Origin: Octopus sinensis
Taxonomy: Eukaryota
NCBI RefSeq assembly: GCF_006345805.1
Contig: NC_042999.1
Coordinates: 154,318,001 to 154,382,000, forward strand
Reading direction: 5' to 3'
Length of the DNA: 64,000 nt
Under the pieces are notes generated by a model. The model worked only from the letters and a program-made list of their open reading frames with translations. It ran no database searches and was not told the DNA's origin. Made by a program: the position numbers and the translations under genes. This document shows, piece after piece, positions 24,578-37,655 of this stretch. Each line of letters starts with the position of its first letter. Within the stretch, counting starts at the first letter, position 1.

Positions 24578-25836
24578 CTTCTTGTGGAAAGGATGCGTTC
24601 CGATGGTCAGGCGATCCGTTTGCTGCCAACACCTGTTAAAAGGAAGGCTGGGCAAGCCGTGGTTGATGATGCGCAGACACGCGCTGAGACTGCGACATCT
24701 CCGGCTCTACGACGGTGAACAGGTGTGGTCGCCGTTTGTGAGGCGCGCTTTCCCGCGGCTCGTCTTCATGACCGAACTGCAGTCGTGGATCAAAAAATGG
24801 CCGAGGAAGGGCGAATGGCACCGCGAGTGTTGCGTTGCCCCCAAGCAACTATGCAGTCCCGGAACGACCTTGAGCGACTTCAACACAACCAAAGCATTCT
24901 ATAGGGGATTAGTGGAGGGGAGGTACGAAGACGATCTCGGGGCGAACGTGGGCGTCGACGAGGAATACCTGACCTCGCTGTTCGAGACGACTTTCGGGCC
25001 GGGACCTATGGACAACTTCCAGAGATCCCTGGCCTGGCAGTGCTATCGAGAAGCGCTACCCGTTCGGGATATGCTCAACAGGCATGGCCCGAGAAACACG
25101 GGGTCGACCTGTCCGAGATGCGGTCAGAGTGACGAAACCGTTCTGCACGCACTCGTACAGTGTCCAACCATTTCCGACCTGTGGACCTGTGTCAAACGAC
25201 TGCTATCGCGTGTGGGACGAGTCGGTTTATCAACCGAGTCTATCGTGAATATTGTCGCGCCTCCTTCCTTCAAACGGGAAGGAAGAGCCATTTTCATCGT
25301 ACTTGTGGCTATGGCGAGAGAATGTGTATGGTGGACGCATCTGACAGGTCTAGAGACAAACACTTTCTTTTGTGGGGAATCTCTCATCAATTTCTTCAAG
25401 TATCATTTGAAGAGGAAGGTGAGAGTAGAGAGGGAAGTTTTGTCTAGTGAATGCTTCAAAAAAAGATGGGTGAATGTAGCAAGGATGGCACGTTTGAAAG
25501 ACGAAGCCACCTTGAGCATAATCCTATGAAGCAAAAAAAAAGAAAGGAAAAAAGAGTCACTTACTATAATGTGTTTTTTTGCACGACATTATTGCCCGAG
25601 GTTACCGTGGTCTTTTCCATAGGCTTTTCTTTCCACGGATAAACCTAATCTGTTTCCCCTTTTTACTTCATGACATTTCTGTGATACATGATCCCTATTG
25701 ATCGTTTTTTTAACGATCCCTTTTGATCGAATTTCTACCCCCCTTTCCTTTTTTTTCCTTCTCTTCCTAAAAAGAAAAGCTCTTCTTTGTAGTTTGTCCC
25801 CTCTGTATTCAACCCTGTATGGCCAATAAAGAAACA
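24578..25836 (+). mobile_element. Tx1/L1-clade LINE, 3' portion (ORF2 C-terminus with zf-RVT cysteine motif and 3' UTR)
   Basis: FLWKGCVPMVRR...GRLGKP...AWQCYREALPVRD...CPRCGQSDETVLHALVQCP; stop at about 25529; ends aataaagaaaca followed by ctatctat. Confidence 0.9.
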
Positions 25837-25891
25837 GCTATCTATCTATTTAAATATTTATCTATCTATGCAACTCTTTCTCTCTCGCTAG

Positions 25892-25951
<60 letters not shown>

Positions 25952-25964
25952 TACACATGTGTAT

Positions 25965-26335
25965 ATTCTTTTATTTGTTTCAGTCATTTGACTGCGGCCA
26001 TGCTGGAGCATCGCCTTTAGTCGAGCAAATCGACCCCAGGACTTATTCTTTGTAAGCCTAGTATTTATTCTATCTGTTTCTTTTTGCCGAACCGCCAAGT
26101 TACGGGGACGCAAACACACCATCGTCGGTTGTCAAGTGATGGTGGACTCACACACACACATATATATATATACGATGGGCTTCCTCCAGTTTCTGTCTAC
26201 CAAATCCACTCACAAGGCTTTGGTCGGCCCGAGGCTATAGTAGAAGACACTTGCTCAAGGTGCCATGCAGTGGGACTGAACCCGGAACCATGTGGTTGGT
26301 AAGCAAGCTACTTACCACACAGCCGCTCATGCGCC
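25965..26335 (-). mobile_element. SINE family A, full length
   Basis: Head ggcgcatgagcggctgtgtggtaagtagcttgc and tail ...gcagtcaaatgactgaaacaaataaaagaat on the minus strand. Confidence 0.9.
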
Positions 26336-26879
26336 TTTATATGCGTATTTGACACTGACTGAGTTGCCCTAAGACCGCCACGTCGAAAGGAATTCAGAAT
26401 ATCAGCGCCAAGCATTATGTAGTCAGCAAGCGAACTTTAGGTTAATTGAAATATATTTGTAACAAATTTCAACTTCTAAGACAAATTCAGTGCAGTTAAT
26501 GCGGAGAAAAAAACATCTCAATTATGTTCAAATGTGTAAGCACACCATATCTAACAGCACAACTGAGCCAATGTTGTTGACTGTGTTTTAGTTAAGGCCA
26601 CGGCTTTAAATCTGTCCAGAGTTGCTGTTCTTCGGTATTTCTCATTGATGATGGACAAAGAGCTAGAAACACTGCGTTTGCGAACCCGACAGGAGGCAAC
26701 ACTAGGTTGATGTGGTGCTTTTACACCTTTTACTATGAGGGAGAATTATTTCTTCGCGTACAGGTCGGCCAGATTTCTTTCAACGTCTAGAGGTTTTCCT
26801 GGGAACGTCTTTTAGTGGGGGGTTGAAACGCTACCCTGGACACGCATCTAGACTACGTGGGCAGAGATAGTAAATGGAG

Positions 26880-27245
26880 GGGGTGTAAATGCTTCAAAGA
26901 CCTGCTCAGACATTTTCAGCTGTCTGACAGGTACCGACTGGATCACCTGAATGTGCAAGTGCGGACATAGAGCAACCGCATCGGGTTCTCCAGATTGCAT
27001 TTAGATAGAGTATTCTGTAGAAAACTTCGTGTAATAATTTCACAACGCCTAGCAAACACAGCCAGACTGAAATAATTAATGCATTCTTCCAGCTGTGAAT
27101 AAAAAAAATTCGCAAACTTGAGGGGATGGGCCCCCAGCCAATAAACCTTTTCTATTTTCTCTCCCTGTTTATTTCTGTGTTTTTCTGTCGAAGAGCGTAG
27201 GCTCGAAACGTAAAAGACTTTCTCACATCCGGAGCGTTAAATTCA
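26880..27245 (+). mobile_element. Probable PLE 3' end: decayed GIY-YIG C-terminus followed by the variant-HHR repeat
   Basis: Frame reads RHFQLSDRYRLDHLNVQV...RLHLDRVFCRKLR, resembling the PLE 'HFN..H..DHL.V....RL..E.FI.KL' pattern. It is followed by tttt CTGTCGA AGAGC gtag GCTC GAAAC GTA aaag at 27181-27216. Confidence 0.5.
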
Positions 27246-27499
27246 CAACACAGCAAACATTGTGCTGTATCAGTATGAAAAGATGTTCATGCATTACAAT
27301 TAATATATAGAAGCAGTAAGAGCAAAATAGTATAATACGACATACAAGTGAAATGTTTATTCAAAGATTAATATCGGGCTGTTTTAACGTAATGATTAAA
27401 TATACAAGTGCCGTGTCATGTCTGCCGCTCCAATCTCTTCGATTGAGTATATAGCTGTTAAAAGAGCTAAAGAGTAGACAAATCGAAGGTTGAGCCCAA

Positions 27500-27700
27500 A
27501 CACTCTGAAACTGACGCCTTTTATGACTTTATTTATAGGCTGTGCTCATGGAAAGATTTAGACAAGCTAAGAAGCTATCACGTGAAAAATAAACCACTGA
27601 TTGGACCGGAACTCAGCTGCGCACATGATCAAAACTTAGTTGAATTTGACTTGAAATTCTTATGTGGCAAGCGCGAGTTCCTGTCCTGCTACGTATTTCA
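27500..27700 (-). promoter_or_regulatory. Possible Pol II core promoter arrangement
   Basis: Minus strand: CCAAT at about 27685 and about 27602, CACGTG at about 27590, TATAAAT at 27537-27531, TCAGTT 25 nt downstream. Motif evidence only. Confidence 0.25.
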
Positions 27701-28078
27701 TGATTGGTTGTTCACCTTCAAATGTTAAACACCCTCGAATGGCTAGACAGATGTTCATATTTTGCTTAGTCAGTGATGTCATTAAAAAATTAACCATCAG
27801 CCATTTCAGTGTGGAATATGGTTTGTGTCTGATTTAAATAGCGATTGATAACAAGTTTTGTTCTGAGGTGTAAAAGTTTAGGTTACTTATTCACTAAAAG
27901 GTGAACAACTAGCAGCTGTTAAACATACTAAAGTAGTCACTTTTGTTTCTCTTTGTGTGAATGAAAATTTTTAAAAAATTACATTTAAAAAAAATTTTCC
28001 ATTTAGGCATAATAAACTTCATGAAGACATTAAGTTTATTTTAACTATTCTAGCACGTTATGTTTCTGCATGATTTCA

Positions 28079-28340
<262 letters not shown>

Positions 28341-28887
28341 AAGTGTGTTTGTGTGTGTGTGTGTGTGCATGATTATGAATACTTATATACATACATATGT
28401 ACATACACACACCTATATATGATACAAAACGTATATTTCTGCAACGTTTTCTTGCTTACACATATATCCGAGTCGAATGGACAAGCGCTTGCGTGCGTAG
28501 GTGTATTTGTATGTTTGTGTGTATTCACCTATATTCACGATTTCGTTACTTAATTCTGTATTCACGCATGTGCATGTTGATGCGTGCTATAGAAGTTGAA
28601 GAAAGACTGAAAGAATAAGAGAATAAATAAGTGAGGGCATTAGTAGTAAAAGGAAAAGGCAGAGTGTAAGAACTTAGTAGCAAGGAAGTAAGTAGAAATA
28701 AGTGAGGATGAAGTAATATTTCTCGGTTATTTAAGCGAGTAATCTTATGAATTGGACGTGTATGGAAGCAGCTTAGGGTCACAAATACACACACATATAT
28801 ATAAGCATACATACATGCATGCATACATACATACGTACGTATGTACATGCATGCATTCATATATACATACATACATACGTACATACA

Positions 28888-28918
<31 letters not shown>

Positions 28919-29080
28919 GTACATACATACATACATACATACATACATACACACATACATACGTACGTACATACATACATATAAAAAAAACAAGAAGCTG
29001 GAACATTTTTGGATTATTTAATTCGTACATATATATATAGACAGACAGGTGGATAGATATAGGTCTATCTATCTGTCTGG

Positions 29081-29164
<84 letters not shown>

Positions 29165-29292
29165 ATATATATATATAGTTGAGTACAGAAATTCGGGGTG
29201 AGTACTTGATAATTATAAGCACCTGTGTATACCGTTTGGTGGTGTAGGTGGTGGAGTAAATTGATCAAAATAAAAACATGATGCCAAGGATT

Positions 29293-29386
29293 CAGCGCTA
29301 CATATGTTTCGGGCCTTTATTAGACAGATTTATTAGACAGATTTATAACAATGCATAATGTATGTCTGTGGCCTTCTTCAGCCGCG
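29293..29386 (-). ncRNA. Mirror HHR copy with a 12-nt duplication in helix II
   Basis: Reverse complement of 29541-29621; ttattagacaga is duplicated and helix I is partly mutated. Confidence 0.75.
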
Positions 29387-29540
29387 CACAACAGCTTCCA
29401 CAAGGACATGTGTTACATCAAAAATTCTTGGTTGGGGATGCAAATCCTCTCATTCGCGTACGACATAATGCGAATGAGAGGATTTGCATCCCCAACCAAG
29501 AATTTTTGATGTAACACATGTTCTTGTGGAAGCTGTTGTG

Positions 29541-29621
29541 CGCGGCTGAAGAAGGCCACAGACATACATTATGCATTGTTATAAATCTGTCTAATAAAGG
29601 CCCGAAACATATGTACCGCTG
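29541..29621 (+). ncRNA. Type I hammerhead ribozyme
   Basis: cgcgg CTGAAGA aGGCC ac agaca...tgtct aataaa GGCCc GAAAC ATAT GTA ccgctg. Helix I gcgg/ccgc, palindromic ATAT loop, predicted cleavage after A29615. Confidence 0.85.
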
Positions 29622-29652
29622 AATCCTTGGCATCATGTTTTTATTTTGATCA

Positions 29653-29683
<31 letters not shown>

Positions 29684-29824
29684 CATACAGTGGCGGTCTA
29701 GGTTTAAAAGCATTGGTTGCCAGGAGACTAAGGGGCCCACCCGCAACTACAAGGGTGCACACCTGCAACTACAATGCTATCATTTATTTATTTTTCTGAT
29801 AAAAGTATTCTTTTCAACTGTCTA

Positions 29825-30075
29825 CAAACACAGCCAGACTGAAATAATTAATGCATTCTTCCAGCAGTGATTAAAACATTCGCAAACTTGAGGGGATGGG
29901 CCCCCAGCCAATAAACCTTTTCTATTTTCTTTCCCTGTTTCTTTCTGTGTTTTTTTTTTGTCGATGAGCGTAGGCTCGAAACGTAAAAGACTTTCTCACA
30001 TCCCGAGCGTTCAACTAATACATCTGTTTGTTGTTTACTCACACGTCTTCGTCATTTTGTTTCTTGTAAATTCTC
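29825..30075 (+). mobile_element. Variant-HHR PLE-type repeat sharing upstream sequence with 27050-27245
   Basis: aaacacagccagactgaaataattaatgcattcttccagc...gaggggatgggcccccagcc...gagcgtaggctcgaaacgtaaaag. Confidence 0.8.
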
Positions 30076-30084
30076 TCTCTCTCT

Positions 30085-30143
30085 CTCTCCATATATATAT
30101 ATATACACACATACACATATATATAATATATATATATATATAT

Positions 30144-30219
<76 letters not shown>

Positions 30220-30222
30220 TAG

Positions 30223-30253
<31 letters not shown>

Positions 30254-30316
30254 GATAGATAGATACATGAATGCATATATAATATTAATAAATGTGTGCA
30301 TATCTATAGATATACT

Positions 30317-30360
<44 letters not shown>

Positions 30361-30413
30361 ATACACACATATATATATATAATATATATATATATACACA
30401 CACACATATATAT

Positions 30414-30458
<45 letters not shown>

Positions 30459-30820
30459 GTACATCTACATCTGCATGCACCCACTAACACAAACACTCAT
30501 ATATAAGGTACCCCCCACATATATATATATATATATATATATATGTTAAATATATGTGTGCATATATATGTCTATGCATGTATATGTATATGAGTACAGA
30601 TATGTATATGCATGCATGTACATATATGCATGTATATATAATTACGTACACATATACATATGTATGAATACATACATGAACATCCACATATAATAGAAGA
30701 ATCAATATATTTAAGCACGGTATCATATTCGTCGTATTTCTGTTTTACCAGCCTCACACATACATTAACACAACCACCAACACGCACGCATACACACACA
30801 AACACAAATATGCACATACA

Positions 30821-30910
<90 letters not shown>
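30085..30910. repeat. (TA)n/(GATA)n mosaic and a long (GT)n tract at about 30825-30908
   Basis: Directly visible. Confidence 0.9.
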
Positions 30911-30913
<3 letters not shown>

Positions 30914-31017
30914 ATCTACATAAATACGTGTGTAAATACGTGTGTATATAAATATGCAGTAATATATACGTAGTCGCACACATTATACTGATCACTCTCT
31001 CGACAACCGTGTAGTGT

Positions 31018-31340
31018 GAGGGCGCGTGGCTTAGTGGTTAGGGGCATTCGGCTCCCGATCGTATGGTCGTGAGTTCAATTCCCAGCGACGTGTTGTGTTC
31101 TTGAGCAAGTCACTTTATTCGACATTGCTCCAGTCCATTCAGCTGGCAAAAATGAGTGGTACCTGTAATTCAAAGGGCCAGCCTTGTCACACTCTGTATC
31201 ACGGTCAATCTCCCTGAGAACTACGTTAGGGGTATACATGTCTGTGGATTACTCAGCCACTTGCACGTTAATTTCACGAGGAAGCTGTTCCGTTAATCGT
31301 ATTAACTGGGACCTCGTCGTCGCAACCGACGGAATGCTCT
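31018..31340 (+). mobile_element. SINE family C variant (head C2 plus tail X)
   Basis: gagggcgcgtggcttagtggttagggg...gagttcaattccc...cattcagctggcaaaaatgagt...aagggccagccttgtcacac. Confidence 0.85.
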
Positions 31341-31495
31341 TCGATTACCGCGTAGGGATTAGTTATGTTTTCCATGACCAGAATACAAAGCATGGATACA
31401 CATGTATACACATTTGTACATATATACATGTATATATGTATATACACACACACATACGCACACGCACATATGCTTATACATTCGTATATACATAC

Positions 31496-31546
<51 letters not shown>

Positions 31547-31853
31547 CACAAACATGCACACACACACACACACCACACAATCACAAGCACGTACACGCAT
31601 GCACACGAAATCTTTTGTCGTATTTGTGAAGGTTGGAGTTTGGCACTCTTTTGTGCTGCATTCCTGTCAATAACGTCTGTAAATTCTCACCGAACTTACT
31701 TTTAAATATTGTAAGGCATTGTAGAAATATATAAATAAATAGCAGATTTTCCGTTTACCACAGAATACGTAAAAGCAATTACAACTGCCAAACTTTCATC
31801 TCACATAATATAAAAAAATACGGGTGACCTCTCATGCTGACCTCATATATGTA

Positions 31854-32932
31854 TGCGATGAAGTACTCAACAGAAACCAGAATTTTGCAATATTATTTTA
31901 TTTACATAGTTTTACATTTTTACACTTTTATCGCTTTCAAAGAATTCCCCATTTGAATCAATGTATCGCACCAAGCGCATTTTCCACTATTCGAAGTAAT
32001 GCCGTTTAAAGCTGCCGTCGTTTTTTCTTCACCTCTTCCACATCTGTAAATACCTATTTCTTTACTACCCACAAGGGGCTAAACACAAAGAGAACAAACA
32101 AGGACAGACAAACGGATTAAGTCGATTATATTGACCCTAGTGTATAACTAGTACTTATTTAATCGACCCCGAAAGGATGAAAGGCAAAGTCGACCTCGGC
32201 GGAATTTGAACTCAGAACGTAACGGCAGACGAAATACGGCAAGGCGTTTCGCCTGGCGTGCTAACGTTTCTGCCAGCTCGCCGCCTTAAGTACCATAGCA
32301 CCAGCTTTCTTCACAAGTGATGATCTTCGGAAAAAGGTCCGGATCAATTTCCAACTGTTCTTTCATTTCACGACACGCATTCAGTCGTGACTGCTTTTGA
32401 TCTTACGCGAGTAAGCGAGGCACAAATTTTGCTGCAACTCATTTCCTTCGCAATTCCTCGCTCAAAATTCCTTGGCAGGAGCTCCACGACACACCAGTCA
32501 CACCAAGTTCATGAATTTTCATTATGTTTTCATTCACTCGAGAGGTTGACGCTCGTCCTGAACGAGGTTGGCCTTCAAGCGACAAGTGACCATTCGTAAA
32601 GCCTGAAAACCACTTGTAAGCTTGTGTTTTTGCTCATGGTAGCGTCCTTGTAAGCTGTTTGAAGGATGACAACTATTTTGGCTATCGTTTTCCCCAGCAG
32701 AAAACAGAATTTTATCGAAGAACGCTGTTCCTTCGTTTCAGCCATCGACGAACAGGAGACAAGCACTGCAAAACAAAGACGTACCACGTGACAGTACGAC
32801 TTCAGACGACGGCAATGGTCGGTAGACTGATGCCTGAAGGTTGCATCAAGTGACTTCTAGTGGGGGAAACTTGAACTTCAACGGATTTGTTCCACAGAGA
32901 ACGTTTCCGGTTACTTTTGGATACTTGTCGTA
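31854..32932 (-). mobile_element. Internally deleted mariner element with decayed TIRs, interrupted by a SINE
   Basis: Minus frames: MAETKEQRSSIKFCFLLGKT..., PRSGR, VAAKFVPRLL, KIITCEESWCYG, and C-terminal FTDVEEVKKK. Right end ...ttccggttacttttggatacttgtcgTA matches about 70% to 31854-31882. Confidence 0.8.
32048..32287 (-). mobile_element. SINE family B, complete single-unit copy nested in the mariner
   Basis: Minus strand taaggcggcgagctggcagaaacgttagcacgcc...gccccttgtgggtagtaaagaaataggtattt. Confidence 0.9.
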
Positions 32933-32959
32933 TATATATATTGTGGTTTAGTAATCAGT

Positions 32960-33300
32960 GCTTTTAATTCAGTGGAGGAATTTGAACCATGTTTCGTGGT
33001 CTGCTACCACAGCTCCTTCATAGGATCCAGTTAGTTCAAGACATCATCAGGAGGAACCACGCCCGGTTTCGGCCCCTACTCCTCTACCGTTTTGACGTGG
33101 CTGCCCCCCCTTTTCGGAGGTGCCTTCAGCTCTGGTGTTGAGTGTATGTTTTCTTTCTCTTTCTTTCTTCTGTTCCCTGGCCTCTTCGATTTAGCGTCAA
33201 CGAGTGTCAGCAGGCGACTGCCTGTCTTATCAAATTTCCCTTTAAATACCTGCTGCTAGGCTCCAGCAGGTAGCCCCAGCAAGTTGTCACGTGACACTGT
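32960..33300 (-). mobile_element. Possible PLE pLTR-like fragment (GTCACGTGAC, TATA-like motif, decayed HHR halves)
   Basis: Minus strand tgtcacgtgaca...gtatttaaag...tCGAAGAGGCC...GGCCGAAACCGG..., and CTGATGAtgtct...agaccacGAAAC. Confidence 0.35.
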
Positions 33301-34039
33301 CTCAACTTTAACTGACCAATGGAGGGCAAAGCTACTTCAGTGTCAGCTTGTCTCATCTAGTGATGTTATTTTTCTGCTGGCTTTATTTTTCTTCAAGCCT
33401 TTAGTGTTCATTGTTTTAACATAATACATCATGCTAACAAATATTTCATTCATATTAATTTGTTTTCAGTGAAGAAAGAAGATGAAAGCCTTTTCAATAT
33501 CAGCATGGGTCGCTATGACTGATATGAATTATGCGAATTATGGGGTTTTACGTTGTAGATACGCTTAAAAGTGTATTAAACTCGAAAGTTATTAGCGTAT
33601 AGAGTGATGGCCACAAACTTTTCTTACGTGAATGCCCTCCATCTCAACAGAAGCTTAAAGAACCAGTCAAGGAATTTGTTGTATATGTCATTGTTAGAAT
33701 TATCGTTAGGATATCTTTTTTATTTAATTGTCAATTATCTGAATTGCTCTTCCATTTGAGTGGCATAGCAATTAACTGAAATTTAACATATTAACAGTAA
33801 TTTAACTTTTCAGCTGAATTTTAATCAAAATTTAATTAAAAGCATTAACAAGAGAATGTGTTATCGCTTTTGACAAGAAATACTGAAATATTTGATTAAA
33901 ATATTTGATTAGATATATAAACATTTAATAAATTAAATATTTAATTAAATATTTTAATTAAATATTTCAATATTTCTTGTTAGAAGATATTTGATAAATA
34001 TCTAACATTTAATTCAATTTTAAAATATATACAATTTAA

Positions 34040-34200
34040 TCGAGAATCGTGATAAAGAGCTGTGAAACCGATTTAAATGAGGAAATGGAATACGTATCAG
34101 TAAAAAATTCAGAGAACAAAGAATTTTGGAAAGGAAACATCATTTGGTTCAACCCATCCTTCAGTATGAATGAAGCCGAATTTCCTTGCCATTTACGCTT
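34040..34200 (+). mobile_element. PLE RT-to-endonuclease linker fragment
   Basis: Translation ...KGNIIWFNPSFSMNE resembles the conserved PLE motif KRNIIWFNPPFS. Confidence 0.55.
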
Positions 34201-34898
34201 AAACTGAAATCATTGCCCGGCAGAGAAGTACTACATTCTTATATGTCGTATTTCTCTACCAAGCATAGATTTCTTTCTTTTCCTTTTGATGCACACCTGA
34301 AAAAAAATGAAAACTGGCGAATAGTGATTAGAAGTGGTTTCTGACGTATCAATCAGGAAATAACAACTTATTTCTAGATACAGGTAAGTAAGCAATTTTT
34401 GTCACCATTGATAATTCAAATCACATAACAGCTGATTTGTTAAACAATTACCTGGTGTAGAATGGGTTACTGAGAATAACGGTGGACAGAAGCTTTAGCC
34501 TTGAATACATGAACTACTATTAATTATTAGACTTATTTTTTTCTGCTCGGCCAATAAATATGTATGTATGTGTGTGTATGTATGTGTCTATCTGTCTGTC
34601 TGTTTGTATGTATGTGTACGATACATAATGTTCGTCCTTCGGTTCGAAGATGACCAACTGACATCATCTGATGGAACTGGCGCCATGATACATATGTATA
34701 TGATTTATACATATGTAGATGTGTCTGTATGCATGTGTATAGTTTATTGAAATCAAATTTGTATCTCACGACTCGTGTTTCAGTAAACCATATATTTTAC
34801 AATATGCATTGAGCATACCTTTCTCTTTCGTTCAGCGCAATTTAACATTTGTGTGTGTGTGTGTATAGCATATCTACACAAGTGTTGTATGCCTGTAT

Positions 34899-34937
<39 letters not shown>

Positions 34938-36224
34938 AATAGATATGCAGAGAGAGAGAGAGAGAGAGAGATTGATAAATAGACATGTGTGTGCATGTGT
35001 GTGTATGTGTGTTTATACGTGTGTGCGTGTGTGTATGTGTGTGTGTGTGTGTGCGTGTGTGTGTGTGTGTATGCGTGTGTGTGTGTGTGTGTGTGTGTAT
35101 GCGTGTGTGTATGTGAGTGTCTTTACAAATAGTCTATACTCGGTGCTTTCCCGCTTCATAAATAACTTAAAACAATTATTATCTAGCCATTAATTTCGTC
35201 TCCTTCCATCTTGAAGCTGATTTTCTGAAAGGTATATTTTCAGACGATACAGCATTTGGGAGGAAAAATAAAATAAAATAAAATAAACATGACTGAATGA
35301 GATTTAAAATAAAACATAAAGAACAAAAACAATTTCAGACAAACACTTTAATGTTGCTTTCATTATTCCTAAATAAGATATAAAAATGAAAATATAGACG
35401 CAAAACATTACCGTAAAAGTATTTAAAATTATCAAATATATCTGTATAAAATTTCGTTCACGAATTGAAAGTAAGAAAGCTGATATCTGATTTTAAAATA
35501 TACGTAAAGTATAATAATATAAATAAATTGTAAAAATGGAATATGGAATAATTTCGATTTATTATTCACTGGATGCCAAGATTCTTTTAAGAATGTTGAC
35601 AAGTTTATCTTATGTGAAATCTTAATTTCGCCAACCAGAGACATTATTATTACTCTTACATTAGCACAATTTCATGTTTGAGAAATCTAAAGATAAAAGG
35701 GGAAAAAAACCAGCAAAAAACAATGAATATTTGTATTTTATAATGTCTAGTGTCACATTGCACTGGGAGAAATAGTGTAATTGTATCGGGGAAAAAGGGC
35801 AGTGTGCCACGGGCGATTCTTTTATAGGAACTTCATTTTTTGGTCTGCATAAGCCTGCACTGCAGGCAGGAACAACCTTGTTTAAAAAGTGGGCTGCATG
35901 AAACATGACACACTATCAAGCCGGCCTCACTACTAAAAAATGTCAGTAATCGTTTGTTTTCATCGTGTATTTTGTATAGCACTTGGGATTCGAGAAATGA
36001 GCTCTGAAAAGAGGAGACAAACATAGAAACATACACACACGCACACGTACACGTGTGCAAACACAAAGAGATATAAACACTCAAACAAAGCTATTTGTAA
36101 AGTGTGTATGTATATATCGTTTTGTTTGTTTATTTGTGTGTGTGTGTGTGTGAGACATCTCTGTGACAAAAGAAAGGAAGACACGACTATATGGAAACTA
36201 TTATATATTCAACCAAACCTTCTT

Positions 36225-36405
36225 AGATAATACAGTTCTATATTTAAGAGATGAGGAATTATGTACATTAATTACATTCGACGGATATTTGTTCTCATCT
36301 TGTTTGTTGTTAACACAACGTTTCGGCTGATATACCCACCAGCCTTCTTCAGGTGTCTTGAGAAAATTTCGAACCTGGGTTTTCATTCCTAAGGTATTCT
36401 TCGAA
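36225..36405 (-). mobile_element. PLE pLTR-type repeat with a minimal HHR (36312-36357)
   Basis: gacac CTGAAGA a GGCTG gtgggtatat CAGCC GAAAC GTT gtgtt. Helix I gacac/gtgtt, loop-less palindromic helix III (AACGTT). A partial inverted copy of the flank lies at about 36570-36603. Confidence 0.8.
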
Positions 36406-36409
<4 letters not shown>

Positions 36410-36483
<74 letters not shown>

Positions 36484-36570
36484 GTTGTTGTTGTTGTTCA
36501 GGTCACTGCTTGGAATCGAATTCGGAATCTTAGGGTTAGTAGCCCGTGCTCTTAACCACTACGCCATATG
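36410..36570 (-). mobile_element. Short tRNA-derived SINE with a long (AAC)n(AAT)n tail
   Basis: Minus strand tggcgtagtggttaagagcacgggctactaaccctaagattccgaattcgattccaagcagtgacc (A and B boxes), then the tail. Confidence 0.75.
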
Positions 36571-36951
36571 TCCGTCGAATGTAAATAATGTAAATAATGT
36601 ACAAACCTTCTTAGACTAGAACACCGTAAATAAGGGTTGCTCATACCAGAATTTTAATCCCTGTGAAGGACACTCTCGCAATATAATGTATGGTGTAATA
36701 TATAAACAAGAAAACTACCATAAACTAAGAAATCAAAAACCCCTTAACAATTTCAGCCCTACATGAATGAAGGACAACGAGAACATAGAATATAAAATAT
36801 TCACAGACAACAGGTACATGAAACGTACTCCCCATCATTAGCTGCTAAACACTTTTCATGATGGTTTTGATACTTGGGCAGTGTAAGGTGTGTGCGTGTG
36901 CGTGTGCGTGTGCGTGTGCGTGCCTGTGTGCGTGCCTGTGTGCGTGTGTGA

Positions 36952-36999
<48 letters not shown>

Positions 37000-37464
37000 A
37001 TGTGTGTGTGATTACTTGTAGTGTGTACAGTAGGGTGTTACATTTGTGAAATAGCGAGTAGAAGAAATTCAATAAACAGAGATTATCCAAGTAATTAGTT
37101 GATGAAACTCCCTCTAGACGTGTTAAATGTCTAAAAAATATTTAAAAAAAACAACAAAAAGGAACAAGTTAAGAAGATAATTAAATCATAAAAATAATTA
37201 AATTATAAACAAGCTAAGAAGATAATTAACTTATAAAAATTTATAAAATTAAATCGGCTACATAATCCCCCTGACATTCAATTTTAATGACTTTTACCGA
37301 TGTGAAAATGAATGATGGTGAACTTTTACTTTCCATTTCATTTTTCATTAAATGCTTTGGCCTGGAGAAGTGGATTGTAATTAAGGGCTTCGCAGGGCCG
37401 CTCAAATCTCTGATTAACGGTCTTCTCGAACAGCTGTAAACTGACGACTAAAAAAAAATAGAAC

Positions 37465-37623
37465 AGGCGTGGATGTGTGGTAAGAAGGTTGTTTCCCAAT
37501 TGGTTCCGAGTTAAGTCGCACTGCATGACACCTTGGACAAGTGTCTTCTACAATAGCCTCAGGCCGACCAACGCCTTATGAGTGCCGTTGGTAGACCGAA
37601 ACTGTGAGGAAGCCCGTTATATA

Positions 37624-37655
<32 letters not shown>

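Larger units (their letters stand above)
29260..29653. mobile_element. ~395-bp near-perfect hairpin with two outward-facing HHRs
   Basis: attgatcaaaataaaaacatg...ctctcattcgc [loop near 29458-29470] gcgaatgagag...catgtttttattttgatcaat; followed by (TA)n. Confidence 0.9.
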
